Positions 44,020 to 54,097 of a DNA stretch of 64,000 bases are shown here, piece by piece. Below the pieces are notes generated by a model, which saw only the letters and a list, made by a program, of their open reading frames with translations, did not search any database and was not told the DNA's origin. Numbering within the stretch: the first letter of the stretch is position 1; every line of letters begins with the position of its first letter. Source of the DNA: an uncultured Verrucomicrobiae bacterium (GTDB lineage Bacteria > Verrucomicrobiota > Verrucomicrobiia > Chthoniobacterales > JAFAMB01); contig CAWEXO010000008.1 of NCBI GenBank assembly GCA_963813025.1, positions 224,001 to 288,000 of the forward strand, read 5' to 3'. Made by a program: the position numbers and the translations under genes.

Positions 44020-44972
44020 ATACGACACCATCAACCCAAGCCGTTCTCGAACCGGAGCAACCTCACTGGGTGAGCCGCGCAGCCTTCCCGGTCCTGGTCT
44101 CCATTTTTTTTCTCAATCAAGCGGCCTTGGGTGCCGCCGTGTACCTCAGATCTATCTGGCTTGCGGCCCCCTTAATGTTAACCGCTAGCCATCTTATGCA
44201 CGGAATTTTGATCGGTTTCCATGAGGCGTCTCATGGCCTGCTTCGAAAGAACCGGCGGTTGAACGAAATCGACGGCGTTATCATCGGAGTCATGAGCCTA
44301 ATGAGCTTCAGCCTTTATCGCGCGGCGCATCAACTGCATCACGCACATCTAGCCACTCAACGGGACGAAGAGCTCTGGCCCTTTGTCATTCCCGGAACAC
44401 CCCGCTGGATTCGAGTCCTCTCCGCCATTCTCGAACTTTGTCTCGGCCTGTTTTACACGCCATTTTTATTCATACGCACATTTCTCCGCGCTGGTTCGCC
44501 TATTCGGAACAAAAAACTGCGGCGACGAGTTTGGGCAGAGTTTGCCCTAACTGTCGGCGTATGGTTTTGCATTTTAGGGGCGGTGACCTCGACGGGTGCA
44601 TGGAAATATTTTTTGTGGATGTATCTGGCACCTGCCTATCTGGCCGCGAATATGCAGAGTTGGCGCAAATACATCGAGCACGTCGGATTGACCGGGTCCA
44701 CGGTGAATAGCTCGACTCGGAGCATTGTGGCAAACGGCCCCCTGGGCAGGCTCGTCGCGTTCACTCTGCTCCATGAGCCATATCATGGCGTGCACCATCG
44801 ACATTCCGGACTGCCGCACGCGGAATTACCCCAGTTCGCCGCGGAACTCGCGCCGAAGAATCCGGGGGAGGTAGCGCCGTTTCCGAGCTACTGGAATGCT
44901 TTGATGCACCTTTTGCGCAGCTTGGCCGATCCCCGTGCGGGAGCGCAGTGGCTTGCAGCAACGCCGCCTTGA
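44016..44972 (+). CDS. Membrane fatty-acid desaturase family protein
   Basis: His boxes HEASH, HQLHH, HGVHH; ATGA overlap with the upstream gene. Confidence 0.9.
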   Translation: MNTTPSTQAVLEPEQPHWVSRAAFPVLVSIFFLNQAALGAAVYLRSIWLAAPLMLTASHLMHGILIGFHEASHGLLRKNRRLNEIDGVIIGVMSLMSFSLYRAAHQLHHAHLATQRDEELWPFVIPGTPRWIRVLSAILELCLGLFYTPFLFIRTFLRAGSPIRNKKLRRRVWAEFALTVGVWFCILGAVTSTGAWKYFLWMYLAPAYLAANMQSWRKYIEHVGLTGSTVNSSTRSIVANGPLGRLVAFTLLHEPYHGVHHRHSGLPHAELPQFAAELAPKNPGEVAPFPSYWNALMHLLRSLADPRAGAQWLAATPP

Positions 44973-45916
44973 ACAAGCGCTCAATCCTGAGTTCCGCGCG
45001 CCGGCGCGAAAACGCGACCCTCCGATTTGGCGACTCAAAACGAATTATTATTGGCTCCTTGTCGTCTATCAGGGGGCAATCGGTACGATCCTACGAACAA
45101 TTGAAAATTAACGAGAGTAGAAAAGAAAATCGCCAGACTCCTGCGCCTTGGCAGCTTTCCGGAGCGTCTTCAGCATCATGCGGAGAGCCATTTGCGCTGG
45201 AGGAAGAGGCGGCTAGCCCTGCGGAAGATGTATTCGAGGTTCTGGCCCTTAGAAAACACTTCGATGATGGCCAAGTACAGGCTCTACGAGGTGTGGATTT
45301 GCGGGTGACTCAGGGTGAATTCGTTGCCATTACCGGCCCGAGCGGCTGTGGAAAAACCACTCTGCTTCAAATGCTCGGCGCGCTGAACCGGCCTACTGCG
45401 GGCACCCTGCTCTATCGCGGAAACTCCATCCCTGATCTGCCTGATCCGTCCGTCTATCGCGCCCAGGAGATCGGATTTATTTTCCAGTCATTTCACCTTC
45501 TGCCAACGTTCACCGCACTGGAGAACGTGCAAATTCCGATGTTTGAAAGCGAACTGCCGATTTCGGAGCGGCGAGCTCGAGGGATCGCTTTGCTGAAATC
45601 GGTTGGGTTGGAGCATCGTCTCCATCATTTCCCCGCCAAGTTGTCTGGCGGAGAAAGACAGCGTGTCGGGATCGCTCGCAGCCTGGCTAATAGCCCTTCT
45701 GTCCTGCTCGCGGATGAGCCAACCGGTAGTCTGGACAGCGAGAACGCGCACCTTGTTCTCGACCTGATCGTTCGGGTACACCAGGAGCAGAACATGACTC
45801 TGGTGCTGGTGACACACGACGTGAGTATCGCCCAACGAGCATCCCGAACAATTCAGATGAAGGACGGGCACGTTGTGTCAGATCGTCAAACGACCCTCAG
45901 CGGAAAATATATATGA
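44948..45916 (+). CDS. ABC exporter ATP-binding protein (LolD/MacB-like; true start likely downstream)
   Basis: GPSGCGKTT, IGFIFQSFHLLP, LSGGERQR, LADEPTGSLD. Confidence 0.9.
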   Translation: MACSNAALNKRSILSSARRRENATLRFGDSKRIIIGSLSSIRGQSVRSYEQLKINESRKENRQTPAPWQLSGASSASCGEPFALEEEAASPAEDVFEVLALRKHFDDGQVQALRGVDLRVTQGEFVAITGPSGCGKTTLLQMLGALNRPTAGTLLYRGNSIPDLPDPSVYRAQEIGFIFQSFHLLPTFTALENVQIPMFESELPISERRARGIALLKSVGLEHRLHHFPAKLSGGERQRVGIARSLANSPSVLLADEPTGSLDSENAHLVLDLIVRVHQEQNMTLVLVTHDVSIAQRASRTIQMKDGHVVSDRQTTLSGKYI

Positions 45917-47028
45917 GCTTCTTTACAGTGGTGGTGCGTGGGCTGATACGTCGTCCGATGCGAACTGGGCTAACGCTTCTGGGCATTTCCATAGGGATCG
46001 CGGCCGTCGTGGCACTAGTCGGTATCGCGCGGGGATTTGATAAGAGCTGGGCGACTGGAATGAAGGCTCGCGGCACCGATGTGGTTGTCAGCGACATGAG
46101 CAGCTCGCTGATCCCGAAGCCGTTTAATATGTCCGTGCGTGACCGTATCGTTCACCTCCCCCATGTGGCGGATACGTGTGCGATTTTGGTCGATTTGATG
46201 AGCGTGGAAAACGTCGAGATGATGATGGTATCTGCGCGAGAGTGGGACGGATTCGCCTGGAAAAACCTTCGGTTAGTTTCCGGGCGGATGCCGCGCGATC
46301 CCGCAGAGCGAACGGTCGTCCTCGGCCGCACTGCGGCCGATGTGCTGAAGAAAAAAGTCGGCGATCCGATCCAGATCGACACTGCCGAATTGACTGTCGT
46401 CGGGATCGTTGATGGCAATGCCTGGGTAGAGAACGGCTCAATCATACTCTCGCTGCCACTTTTTCAGGAAATCACGGGGAACCAGGGCAAGATCAACGTG
46501 ATTGACGTCCGCGTCACACCCTCGACCACACCCGCGGAGGTAGAACATCTCTGTGCGCAGATCAACCAGCTTGTCCCCGAAGGTCGCGCTATGCTGGCCG
46601 GCGAGAACATCAACCACAGCGAGGCATCGCGCATTGTACAGGCCATGAGCTGGGGCACTTCTTTGCTGGCAGTGCTCGTCGGTGTGTTAGGCGTGATGAA
46701 CACCATGCTGATGAACGTTTTTGAGCGCACTCAGGAAATTTGCATCTTGCTCGCACTGGGCTGGAAACGTGCGCGAATCGTTCGCATGGTCTTGTGGGAA
46801 TCGGCTTTGCTCGGCTTCTTCGGCGGCGTTTCCGGCGTGTTGATCGGCTCGGTTGGCGTGAAGGTTTTGGGAGCGGCGCCTGCGATCCGCGGACTCCTCG
46901 AGCCGGACATCAGTATCAGACTTATTGCGACATCAGTGGCGATCGCCGTTGCGGTAGGAGTAGTCAGCGGTCTTTACCCCGCATGGCGCAGTTCGCGGCT
47001 GACGCCTAGCCGAGCTTTGCAGGCTTGA
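45913..47028 (+). CDS. MacB/FtsX-family ABC permease
   Basis: RTGLTLLGISIGIAAVV, periplasmic loop, GVMNTMLMNVFERTQEI, GLYPAWRSSRL. Confidence 0.92.
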   Translation: MSFFTVVVRGLIRRPMRTGLTLLGISIGIAAVVALVGIARGFDKSWATGMKARGTDVVVSDMSSSLIPKPFNMSVRDRIVHLPHVADTCAILVDLMSVENVEMMMVSAREWDGFAWKNLRLVSGRMPRDPAERTVVLGRTAADVLKKKVGDPIQIDTAELTVVGIVDGNAWVENGSIILSLPLFQEITGNQGKINVIDVRVTPSTTPAEVEHLCAQINQLVPEGRAMLAGENINHSEASRIVQAMSWGTSLLAVLVGVLGVMNTMLMNVFERTQEICILLALGWKRARIVRMVLWESALLGFFGGVSGVLIGSVGVKVLGAAPAIRGLLEPDISIRLIATSVAIAVAVGVVSGLYPAWRSSRLTPSRALQA

Positions 47029-47062
47029 GCGGTCCGAACGAACCATGCAATCGCGTCAACCG

Positions 47063-47858
47063 ATGAAGTTGCGCCTTGCCGGCACCGTCCTTAGTCTCGC
47101 GTTGTCGGTTCAGCGCTGGCGCCGCCAATAGCGAACCGTCCGCCAAAGATCTCGCCGCAAGCCTGGCCGCCCGGCAGGAGGGCACAGCATACGTGCGCTT
47201 GCGTCTGGAGACGAAACAGCCGGGCGGCGCGACAAAGACGATGCTCCAACTGCAGCTCAAGGAGCGCCACACGAAAACAGCTGGCGATGTCGTTTACCAG
47301 GTCCTTTGGCCTAAAGAGCGAAAAGGAGAAGCTGTTCTTTTACACAAAGCAGCGAGTCAGCCTCCGACCGGATCGATTTTCACTCCTCCGGACAAGCTGC
47401 GCTCTCTGAACCCCTCGGAGATGAAGGATAGCTTGTTCGGCAGCGACCTCTCTTACCTGGATGTTATCGAAGACTTCTTCACCTGGGACAACCAGGCAAT
47501 CGTCGGCACCGAGGTTCTGAACGGAGTGAACTGCGTCATTCTCGAGTCGAAGCCGAGCAAAGCTGAATCTTCCGTTTACGGCAGAGTGCGCAGCTGGATA
47601 GACCCTAAGCGGCTCGTGCCAGTCCGCATCGAAAAATACCTGCCCTCGGGCGAACTCGCGCGGCGCATCGAGACGGTTCGAGTGGCTACGGATGATACCG
47701 GTCATCCCATCCCCGCCGATCTCACGGTGCGCGTTCCGCGGGAAGATTCGGTGACCGAAGTGGATGGGTCGCGGATTAGACACGATGTGACCTTTTCCGA
47801 TCGCGAATTCACGCCAGAAGGCCTGAAAGAACTCTCGGCACCGAAAAGCGCACCGTAA
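47063..47858 (+). CDS. Outer-membrane lipoprotein-sorting (LolA-like) protein (frameshift in signal region)
   Basis: Signal peptide MKLRLAGTVLSLAL; PKERKGEAVL, LFGSDLSYLD, CVILESKP, YGRVRSWID. Confidence 0.75.
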
Positions 47859-47984
47859 GGAAAGCGGCGGGAGCGGAGGGAGCGGGTTCGGCGGAGGGAG
47901 GTAGCTGAAGAGTTGAGGAGTTCACCGTTTTGCGCTACCTCCCTCCGCTGAACCCGCTCCCTGCGCTCCCGCCGCTTTCCTTAC
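47855..47984. repeat. MITE/REPIN-like palindromic element A
   Basis: 21-bp perfect terminal inverted repeat GTAAGGAAAGCGGCGGGAGCG plus further internal pairing. Confidence 0.85.
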
Positions 47985-48281
47985 CGCTTCCTCCACATAC
48001 GACTTCAGTATGAGCGCGTTATTATGTTCAGTGTCGTGCGCACTGTAGAGGAGCGTCAGGTTGCCGGGCCGGGCCGCATCGACCAGCGGTTTCCAGGCAG
48101 CCGGGTTCTCGGTTAACTCGGCTCGATACCGCCGTTGGAATTCCTTCCATTTGGCAGGATCGTGGTTGAACCAGCGGCGCAGATCGCTGCTTGGGGCGAC
48201 ATCCTTGCGCCAGGCCTGCATGCGCAGCGCTTCCTTCTTCATCCCGCGCGGGCGGATCATAAACTCGTTTGATCTGGATCA
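47922..48281 (-). pseudogene. DUF488/YeaO family protein with frameshifting internal deletion
   Basis: MIQIKRVYDPP, then a frame switch to PRGMKKEAL..W.KDVAPSSDLRRWFNHD...LTLLYSAHDTEHNNA. The usual RxLVDRLW segment is absent. Confidence 0.8.
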
Positions 48282-48310
48282 TGGCGACGGTGTTGGCGAA
48301 AAAGAAAAAT

Positions 48311-48459
48311 CTCACACAAAGACACGAAGACACAAAGGAAAGCGGCGGGAGCGGGTTCAGCGGAGCCAGGTGTCGCGAGAGGGTGAACTCCTCAACTGTT
48401 CAGCTACCTCCCTCCGCTGAACCCGCTCCCGCCGCTCCCGCCGCTTTCCTTTGTGTGAG
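48311..48459. repeat. MITE/REPIN-like palindromic element B, inverted relative to A and nested in a CACAAAGACAC-type repeat
   Basis: AAGGAAAGCGGCGGGAG...CTCCCGCCGCTTTCCTT, flanked by CTCACACAAAGACACGAAGACAC and TGTGTGAG. Confidence 0.8.
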
Positions 48460-48528
48460 GCAGGTAGATTTGCAATACTTTCTTGAGTAGACAAGAATCT
48501 TGTTTGGACCGCTGGCGGCTAACTACTG

Positions 48529-49308
48529 ATGAAATCAGAGTGGTGGCGTGGAGCAATAATTTATCAAATTTATCCGAGAAGCTTTCTCGACGTGAACGGG
48601 GATGGCATCGGAGATCTGCCAGGCATTAACCAGAAACTCGACTACGTCCGTTCCTTGGGCGTGGATGCCCTCTGGATCTCACCATTTTTTAAGTCACCAA
48701 TGCGCGACTTCGGTTACGACGTCGCCGACTACCGCGCCGTGGATCCGATTTTTGGCACCAACGCGGATTTTGCTGCGTTGATCTCCTCGGCGCACCGAAG
48801 AGGTCTGAAGATCATCATCGACATGGTTTTGGCCCATACCTCCAATCAGCACCGCTGGTTTCAGGAGAGCCGGCATAACCGGACAAACCCGAAAGCGGAC
48901 TGGTACGTTTGGATTGACCCGAAGCCCGACGGCACACCTCCAAACAACTGGCAGGCGGCATTTGGTGGCTCAGCTTGGCAGTGGGATTCACGGCGCAGGC
49001 AGTACTATCTTCATCATTACCTAAGCAGCCAACCGAACTTGAATTGGCATAATCCGCAAGTTGTCCATGCCATGTTTGATGAGGTACGTTTTTGGTTGGA
49101 GGCAGGCATCGACGGGGTTCGCCTCGATGCGATTACAACCCTCGCTCATGATCCTGAATTGCGAGATAATCCTGCGCGCCGCGTTGATCAGCGCGATCTG
49201 CAGCCGATTCGCTGGCAGGAGTGGGTCTACACTCGCGACCAACCGCGTACTTTGGAACTGCTGACCGAAGAGATCTTAGTTAGTCAGATGCAAAGGACCT
49301 TGGACTAG
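48529..49308 (+). pseudogene. GH13 alpha-glucosidase, C-terminally truncated
   Basis: WWRGAIIYQIYPRSF, DFGYDVADY, DMVLAHTS, GIDGVRLDA. Ends at 259 aa, before the remaining catalytic regions. Confidence 0.85.
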
Positions 49309-49326
49309 ATGAATTGCCTTCTCCGT

Positions 49327-50412
49327 TTAGAAAAGGTCGAATGGGCCATCGAAAAATCTTGCCGCGCTCCCCAGGTCCATTCCGTCTGCAAAGGCCCTAA
49401 TCGCTTTTTGCGTCTCGATTGAAAATTTTAAGTCATCATTCTGGGAGACCCCCGCTAACTGGTCACTTAGGTCTGGCCAGATCAGGGCCAACTCGTATCC
49501 TTTCTCTTGCAGCTTCTGGAGCCTTCGAAAAACAGCCGTAGCATTGTGATTCAGATCGTCACCCTTCAGAGTTGGCCAAGAACCTCGAAGAGCCATCGCT
49601 CCTTCTATCTCACCGACGAACGGTTTCTTGCAGTCCGGAAAATACCTCTTTGAATCAGCCTTGGGTAAATAGTGCCTGAGAGGAATCAATTTGCCCGGGC
49701 CGTCCTTTGCCCCTCCGTAATAGTGAAACTGCGGATCCGTTCCTCTCGGAAATTCTGATACATTGCGGGCGAAGGCGAATCCAACCGTAGAGGGAACGAT
49801 GATTTCGTCGAGGCATGCGCTCAGGAACTCCTTAAGCTGGAATTTCCGTAAGGTCCCCTGCGGTCGAATGAGTGGGGTATACACTTCCCACTCCGGTTCA
49901 TTCATGACATCAAACGAATAGATAGCTGCTCGCTGTGACGGACTCAGCGCGGCCAACAGCTTCTTCAACGTCCCATTCACGAACACGTTGCGCTTTCCTT
50001 CATCGATAACTAGATCGATTTTTCCGCCGCCCGGATTGTCGCAGATTCGCAGGATAGGAGATTGAGAAAAACCAAAATCAAGCAATACCGGAATCAGATT
50101 AACTCCGCTATTCCTCGCTATATCAACGAGCCTGACGAACCGTTTGACCACGAGGTCATCAAGTTCCGGAGCTGGGGTAAACTCCCAATTTGTCGCGATC
50201 TCTTCTGACAATCCTGGAGAGCGCAGCTTCGGCGGGTTGCCAGACAGCCCTTGGCCGACGGCAAAAAGCCAGACCCGAATGCAGCTAACCCCAAGTTTCT
50301 GAAGTCTTCCGAAATTCTTCGGAACCGTTTTCTCCCAATCTCGGCCGTCATCTGGCTGGAAAAGAAATGCCCACAGATTGTATGGCCAGGCATAATTCAC
50401 GCCCACGTTCAT
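49327..50412 (-). CDS. Putative clan GH-A (GH5-like) TIM-barrel glycoside hydrolase
   Basis: VGVNYAW, GVSCIRVWLF, DVMNEPEW (acid/base), QFHYY, KPFVGEI (nucleophile candidate). Confidence 0.55.
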   Translation of the reverse strand: MNVGVNYAWPYNLWAFLFQPDDGRDWEKTVPKNFGRLQKLGVSCIRVWLFAVGQGLSGNPPKLRSPGLSEEIATNWEFTPAPELDDLVVKRFVRLVDIARNSGVNLIPVLLDFGFSQSPILRICDNPGGGKIDLVIDEGKRNVFVNGTLKKLLAALSPSQRAAIYSFDVMNEPEWEVYTPLIRPQGTLRKFQLKEFLSACLDEIIVPSTVGFAFARNVSEFPRGTDPQFHYYGGAKDGPGKLIPLRHYLPKADSKRYFPDCKKPFVGEIEGAMALRGSWPTLKGDDLNHNATAVFRRLQKLQEKGYELALIWPDLSDQLAGVSQNDDLKFSIETQKAIRAFADGMDLGSAARFFDGPFDLF

Positions 50413-50531
50413 CGGGGTCTACTTTGTGGATGCGAACGAGGAGCAAGACAAACACTGATTCGAATGATCACACTGGCTTCGCTGTCGCAATCTGGCCCTG
50501 CTCTATTATGGTACGGCGGAGGGAACGTGAA

Positions 50532-50775
50532 TCACGCTGCTCCCAATTTTCGCAACGGACGTCCTGCGCGGAGATCGCGTTCAATGCGCTCGAGGGGCAC
50601 TCCCCTGGTTTCAGGCACGAAGCGAAAGCAGAACCAAAGGCCGACCAACGAAAGCACAGCGTACAACAGAAACGTCGAAATACTGCCGAGTCCATTCAGT
50701 AAGCTCAGAAACGTGAGTGACACTACAAAGTTGCTAAGCCAGTTAGCCATGGTCGCGACGGCGGCCGCTTGACCC
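50532..50775 (-). pseudogene. Sugar porter MFS transporter, C-terminal fragment
   Basis: RGQAAAVATMANWLSNFVVSLTFL...VPETRGVPLERIE. Confidence 0.85.
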
Positions 50776-50898
50776 CGTCGTTCCAAAAGCGTGGGGAGCG
50801 GCCATCAGAAACACTCTACTAGAATCCTGACTGTGGTTCGTGGTATTTCACATCCCGCGGACAGAAAAATCATTTCAGTTAATCATAGATGAATATAA

Positions 50899-51456
50899 AT
50901 GAAAAAGGAATTCTCAACAAAACATCGTGAAGAACTACTCAATACGTTAAAAGCCAGTTTTGAGAAAAACATCAATCGCCATAAAGGTCTTGAATGGGCA
51001 AAAGTACAAGCAAAGCTGGAAGCGAATACTGAAAAGCTGTGGTCGCTGAATGAAATGGAAAGAACCGGTGGTGAACCGGATGTTGTTGGCCACGATAAAA
51101 AGACAGGCGAATACATTTTTTATGATTGTTCCCCGGAAAGCCCTAAAGGCCGCAGAAGTGTTTGCTACGACCGTGAAGCGCTGGAGTCGAGGAAAGAACA
51201 TAAACCAGAAGATAACGCTATTGATATGGCGGCTGCCATTGGCATTGAGCTTTTAACGGAAGAACAATATCGAGAATTGCAGAAACTTGGTAATTTCGAT
51301 ACGAAAACGTCGAGCTGGGTGAAAACACCTTCTGATATCAGAAAACTCGGCGGCGCCCTCTTTTGTGATCGCCGCTACGACACTGTTTTCGTGTATCACA
51401 ACGGTGCGGAGTCTTACTACGCTGCTAGGGGGTTCCGCGGCTCGCTAAGGGTCTAA
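50899..51456 (+). CDS. DUF4256 family protein
   Basis: LWSLNEMERTGGEPDVV, ESPKGRRSVCYD, FDTKTSSW, YHNGAESYYAARGFRG; AT-richer than its neighbours. Confidence 0.85.
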   Translation: MKKEFSTKHREELLNTLKASFEKNINRHKGLEWAKVQAKLEANTEKLWSLNEMERTGGEPDVVGHDKKTGEYIFYDCSPESPKGRRSVCYDREALESRKEHKPEDNAIDMAAAIGIELLTEEQYRELQKLGNFDTKTSSWVKTPSDIRKLGGALFCDRRYDTVFVYHNGAESYYAARGFRGSLRV

Positions 51457-51639
51457 TGGAAAAGCCGGTTTGGACCGAAAGGTTTAGGCAGGCCCTCGCC
51501 GATTTCGTGAAGGCGAACCGGAGACCTACTCGTGATGATGATCGTCGAATATGTCAGTAACCGGCGTTTTTTAGATCGTGATTCGCTCTATCTCGTCGAG
51601 TGAAATCTCGTCCTGTCGGCGCGTTTCTCGACCGCTGAT

Positions 51640-51792
51640 TTGCTTCCCTTAGAACGAGTGCAAATCGATCACACACTGGTTGACGTGGTTATAGTCGATG
51701 AAGGCGATCGGCTACCGATTGGCCGCCCCTGGTTAACGCTCGCTATCGATGTGGCGAGCCGGGCGGTTCTCGGCTTTTCGGTCTCGCTCGAT
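51640..51792 (+). mobile_element. TnsB/TniA/Mu-type DDE transposase remnant
   Basis: PLERVQIDHTLVDVVIVD...IGRPWLTLAIDVASRAVLGFSVS, the first catalytic Asp region only. Confidence 0.8.
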
Positions 51793-52249
51793 GATGGCGC
51801 TCACGTCCTGCTGGAACTGTGGTTACTCCCTGCTTTTTTGCGATCCTGAGAGCTCAACCTCGTCCATGGTGGTAGAGATAATTGGCTTGGAAAGCGCCAT
51901 TTTGACGATGGTGGCAGGAAATTCGCCCAATCCACGCTGGGCCGGACGGCTTTGCGCCAAAGCTTTCACCGAAAAACTCGGAACTTGATGCAACGCCTGA
52001 CGACAACGACGGACGACCGGGTGCCACTCTTTGTCCGAATAGCCGATGCCGATCCGCGCTTGCGTCATTACCTTTTCGGACGGCAGCGTCGCGGGATGCG
52101 AATCGAGAGATTGTCTTGGTACTGGCGCTTCTTGCTGATGATAATCCTTGTGCGCCATCTTAATTCCAGAGAGGAAACCGGGCCTGTCCATCTCTGGGGT
52201 CCGTGGAAGCGTGCCCTGCTCTTCTGGCCGTGCTTTCGAAGTCGACCAT

Positions 52250-52499
52250 GCCGGCCGTGAGCAAGGCTTTGGCACTGGAGTACGCAGCGAATAACATCCG
52301 GTTCAACACGGTGTCGCCCGGCAACGTCAACACGCCGATGCACGCCAAGGATAATCATGCGGCGCTGGCGAAGTTTCATCCCCTCGGTCGGATGGGTGAA
52401 ATTTCTGACATCGTCGACGCGGTGCTCTATCTCCAGAACGCCACGTTCGTAACGGGGGAAAACCTCCGAGTGGATGGCGGGGTCCATGCCAGTCGATAA
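52250..52499 (+). pseudogene. SDR oxidoreductase, C-terminal fragment
   Basis: KALALEYAANNIRFNTVSPG, HPLGRMG, FVTGENLRVDGG. Confidence 0.8.
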
Positions 52500-52510
52500 T
52501 AATTCCACCG

Positions 52511-52727
52511 CCAGATACCGATGGTTATCCCAATCCATGATTGCCACCGTATCGCCCCGCTCCACCCCCAAGCTGGCGAGACCTGAGGCGAGCCTTCCGA
52601 CTCGCTCGGCGAACTGACAATAGGTGAGCCGATTCTGGTTGGCAGACACGATCTCCTGATCCGGGGCGCGTGTGACCCCCGATTCCAGCAAACCCTTAAT
52701 CAACAATGGGAAACCGTAGGCTGACAA
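52511..52727 (-). pseudogene. Fatty-acid/acyl-CoA ligase, N-terminal fragment (piece 1)
   Basis: AYGFPLLIKGLL...PDQEIV...RVGRLASGL..LGV..GDTVAIMDWDNHRYL. Confidence 0.85.
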
Positions 52728-52762
52728 CGTTTGCGCGATGGACCCTCTTTTTCCGGAGCTTT

Positions 52763-53324
52763 TTAGCCGTCAACCATCCGCTGGTGAGAACGATAGAGAC
52801 CGAAGAGGGTTACTGCCGATCGGTTTACCAATTGCTCTGTGGCGGGGCCTGAGCCGCCACAGAGCGTGGTAAGCCAATCGAGCAGCTCACCCACTTCGCG
52901 TGACGGCGGCGGCGCCAGACCAAAACCACTTCCAATGATCGCTATTAGCCTCTTGGAGAACTGTTGCGCTCGCTTGCGATAACTCTTCAGCAGCCCCTCC
53001 CATCGCCGCTCGACTTCCCCAAGTTCCTTGCCTAAGAAGAAGCGTTCTACTAAGGCGTTGTTCAACAGCCGATAGGAAAGCGCAAAACTCGGTAACAGAC
53101 TCACGGTGCGCTGGCAGCCGTGGCAAAAAAAAACGCCGCACCCGGATCCGCACTAATCCCCGAACTTCCCTCATGGCGCTGACCCAGCGCTCCTAGTAAC
53201 CGTGCGCTTCCAAAGGCCCACGTTTGCCGCAATTCGCACACTCCGCCGGCCGGCCAATCGCCCGTTCCAGCCCTCTTTCCACATACTGGTCTGGACTCCA
53301 AGAAAGCTTCACGATTCTCTGCAC
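52763..53324 (-). pseudogene. DUF6431-like zinc-finger protein (transposon-associated), inactivated
   Basis: Manual translation: RPAECANCGKRGPLEAHGY*ERW...IRVRRFFCHGCQRTVSLLPSFALSYR, with an in-frame TAG and an extra base in a 9-nt homopolymer. Confidence 0.6.
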
Positions 53325-54097
53325 GACTGGACGCTATAATTCGTTCGCCGATCTGTGGCGACGATAAACTAACGACCCCTTGCCCAGTCAGACAACCAAC
53401 CTCTTTCCCAAACTCTCAACGGAAAATTTCTCACTACTTCCGGGCTCAATCCGACTCCCGTTTCCGGAAACAGCACGGAACGTTACACCAGTGCTTCCGG
53501 CTTTTTCCTCTCTGCTGTATCTTAGCCCTGTGCCTATCACTATTGAGCTTCCGGATCTTGCTTCTCAGAACAGCTCCTGGCCCGTTGGCGGGAGATCCTG
53601 GCCGATCCAGAACTCGCCAGACTTCCCTATCGCATCGAGACTGATCACGCCACATCATTTATGAGGCCGCCCCCGGCTCCGCTCCACGGCCAGCGCCAAG
53701 TCGATATCGCTCTCCTTCTGCATCAGCTGCTTCCAGGCAGCCGCACCTTGTCGGAGTGCCCTGTTTCCACCGCATCGAACGGCTGGTCGGGAGTAGGACT
53801 GCTGAGAACCTCGGAGTCTCCCTCGACCCTCGACCAACCCTGGAAACCCGGCCACTTGCGCTCCGCCTACGGCGCCATCTGTTCCCACAAGTTCAAACCC
53901 CCGAACATCACCGACGATATCTTCCTCGGACATAAACTCCTCGGACCCAATGCCTCCCTCACGGTCGGCCAGAGTTATCAGGATTTTTACATTCGAAACT
54001 CCTGATCCAGCCCTGTTAGGATAGGAGGGCTATTCCACACACTTATGACACCGGAAAAAGCCTATGCTAAAGCCCTACAACGTATCCGGCAAGCCGG

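Noticed and set aside
53380..54050. Possible transposon end and ORF remnants next to the DUF6431-like pseudogene
   Set aside because: No recognisable domain, and no matching partner terminal repeat was found.
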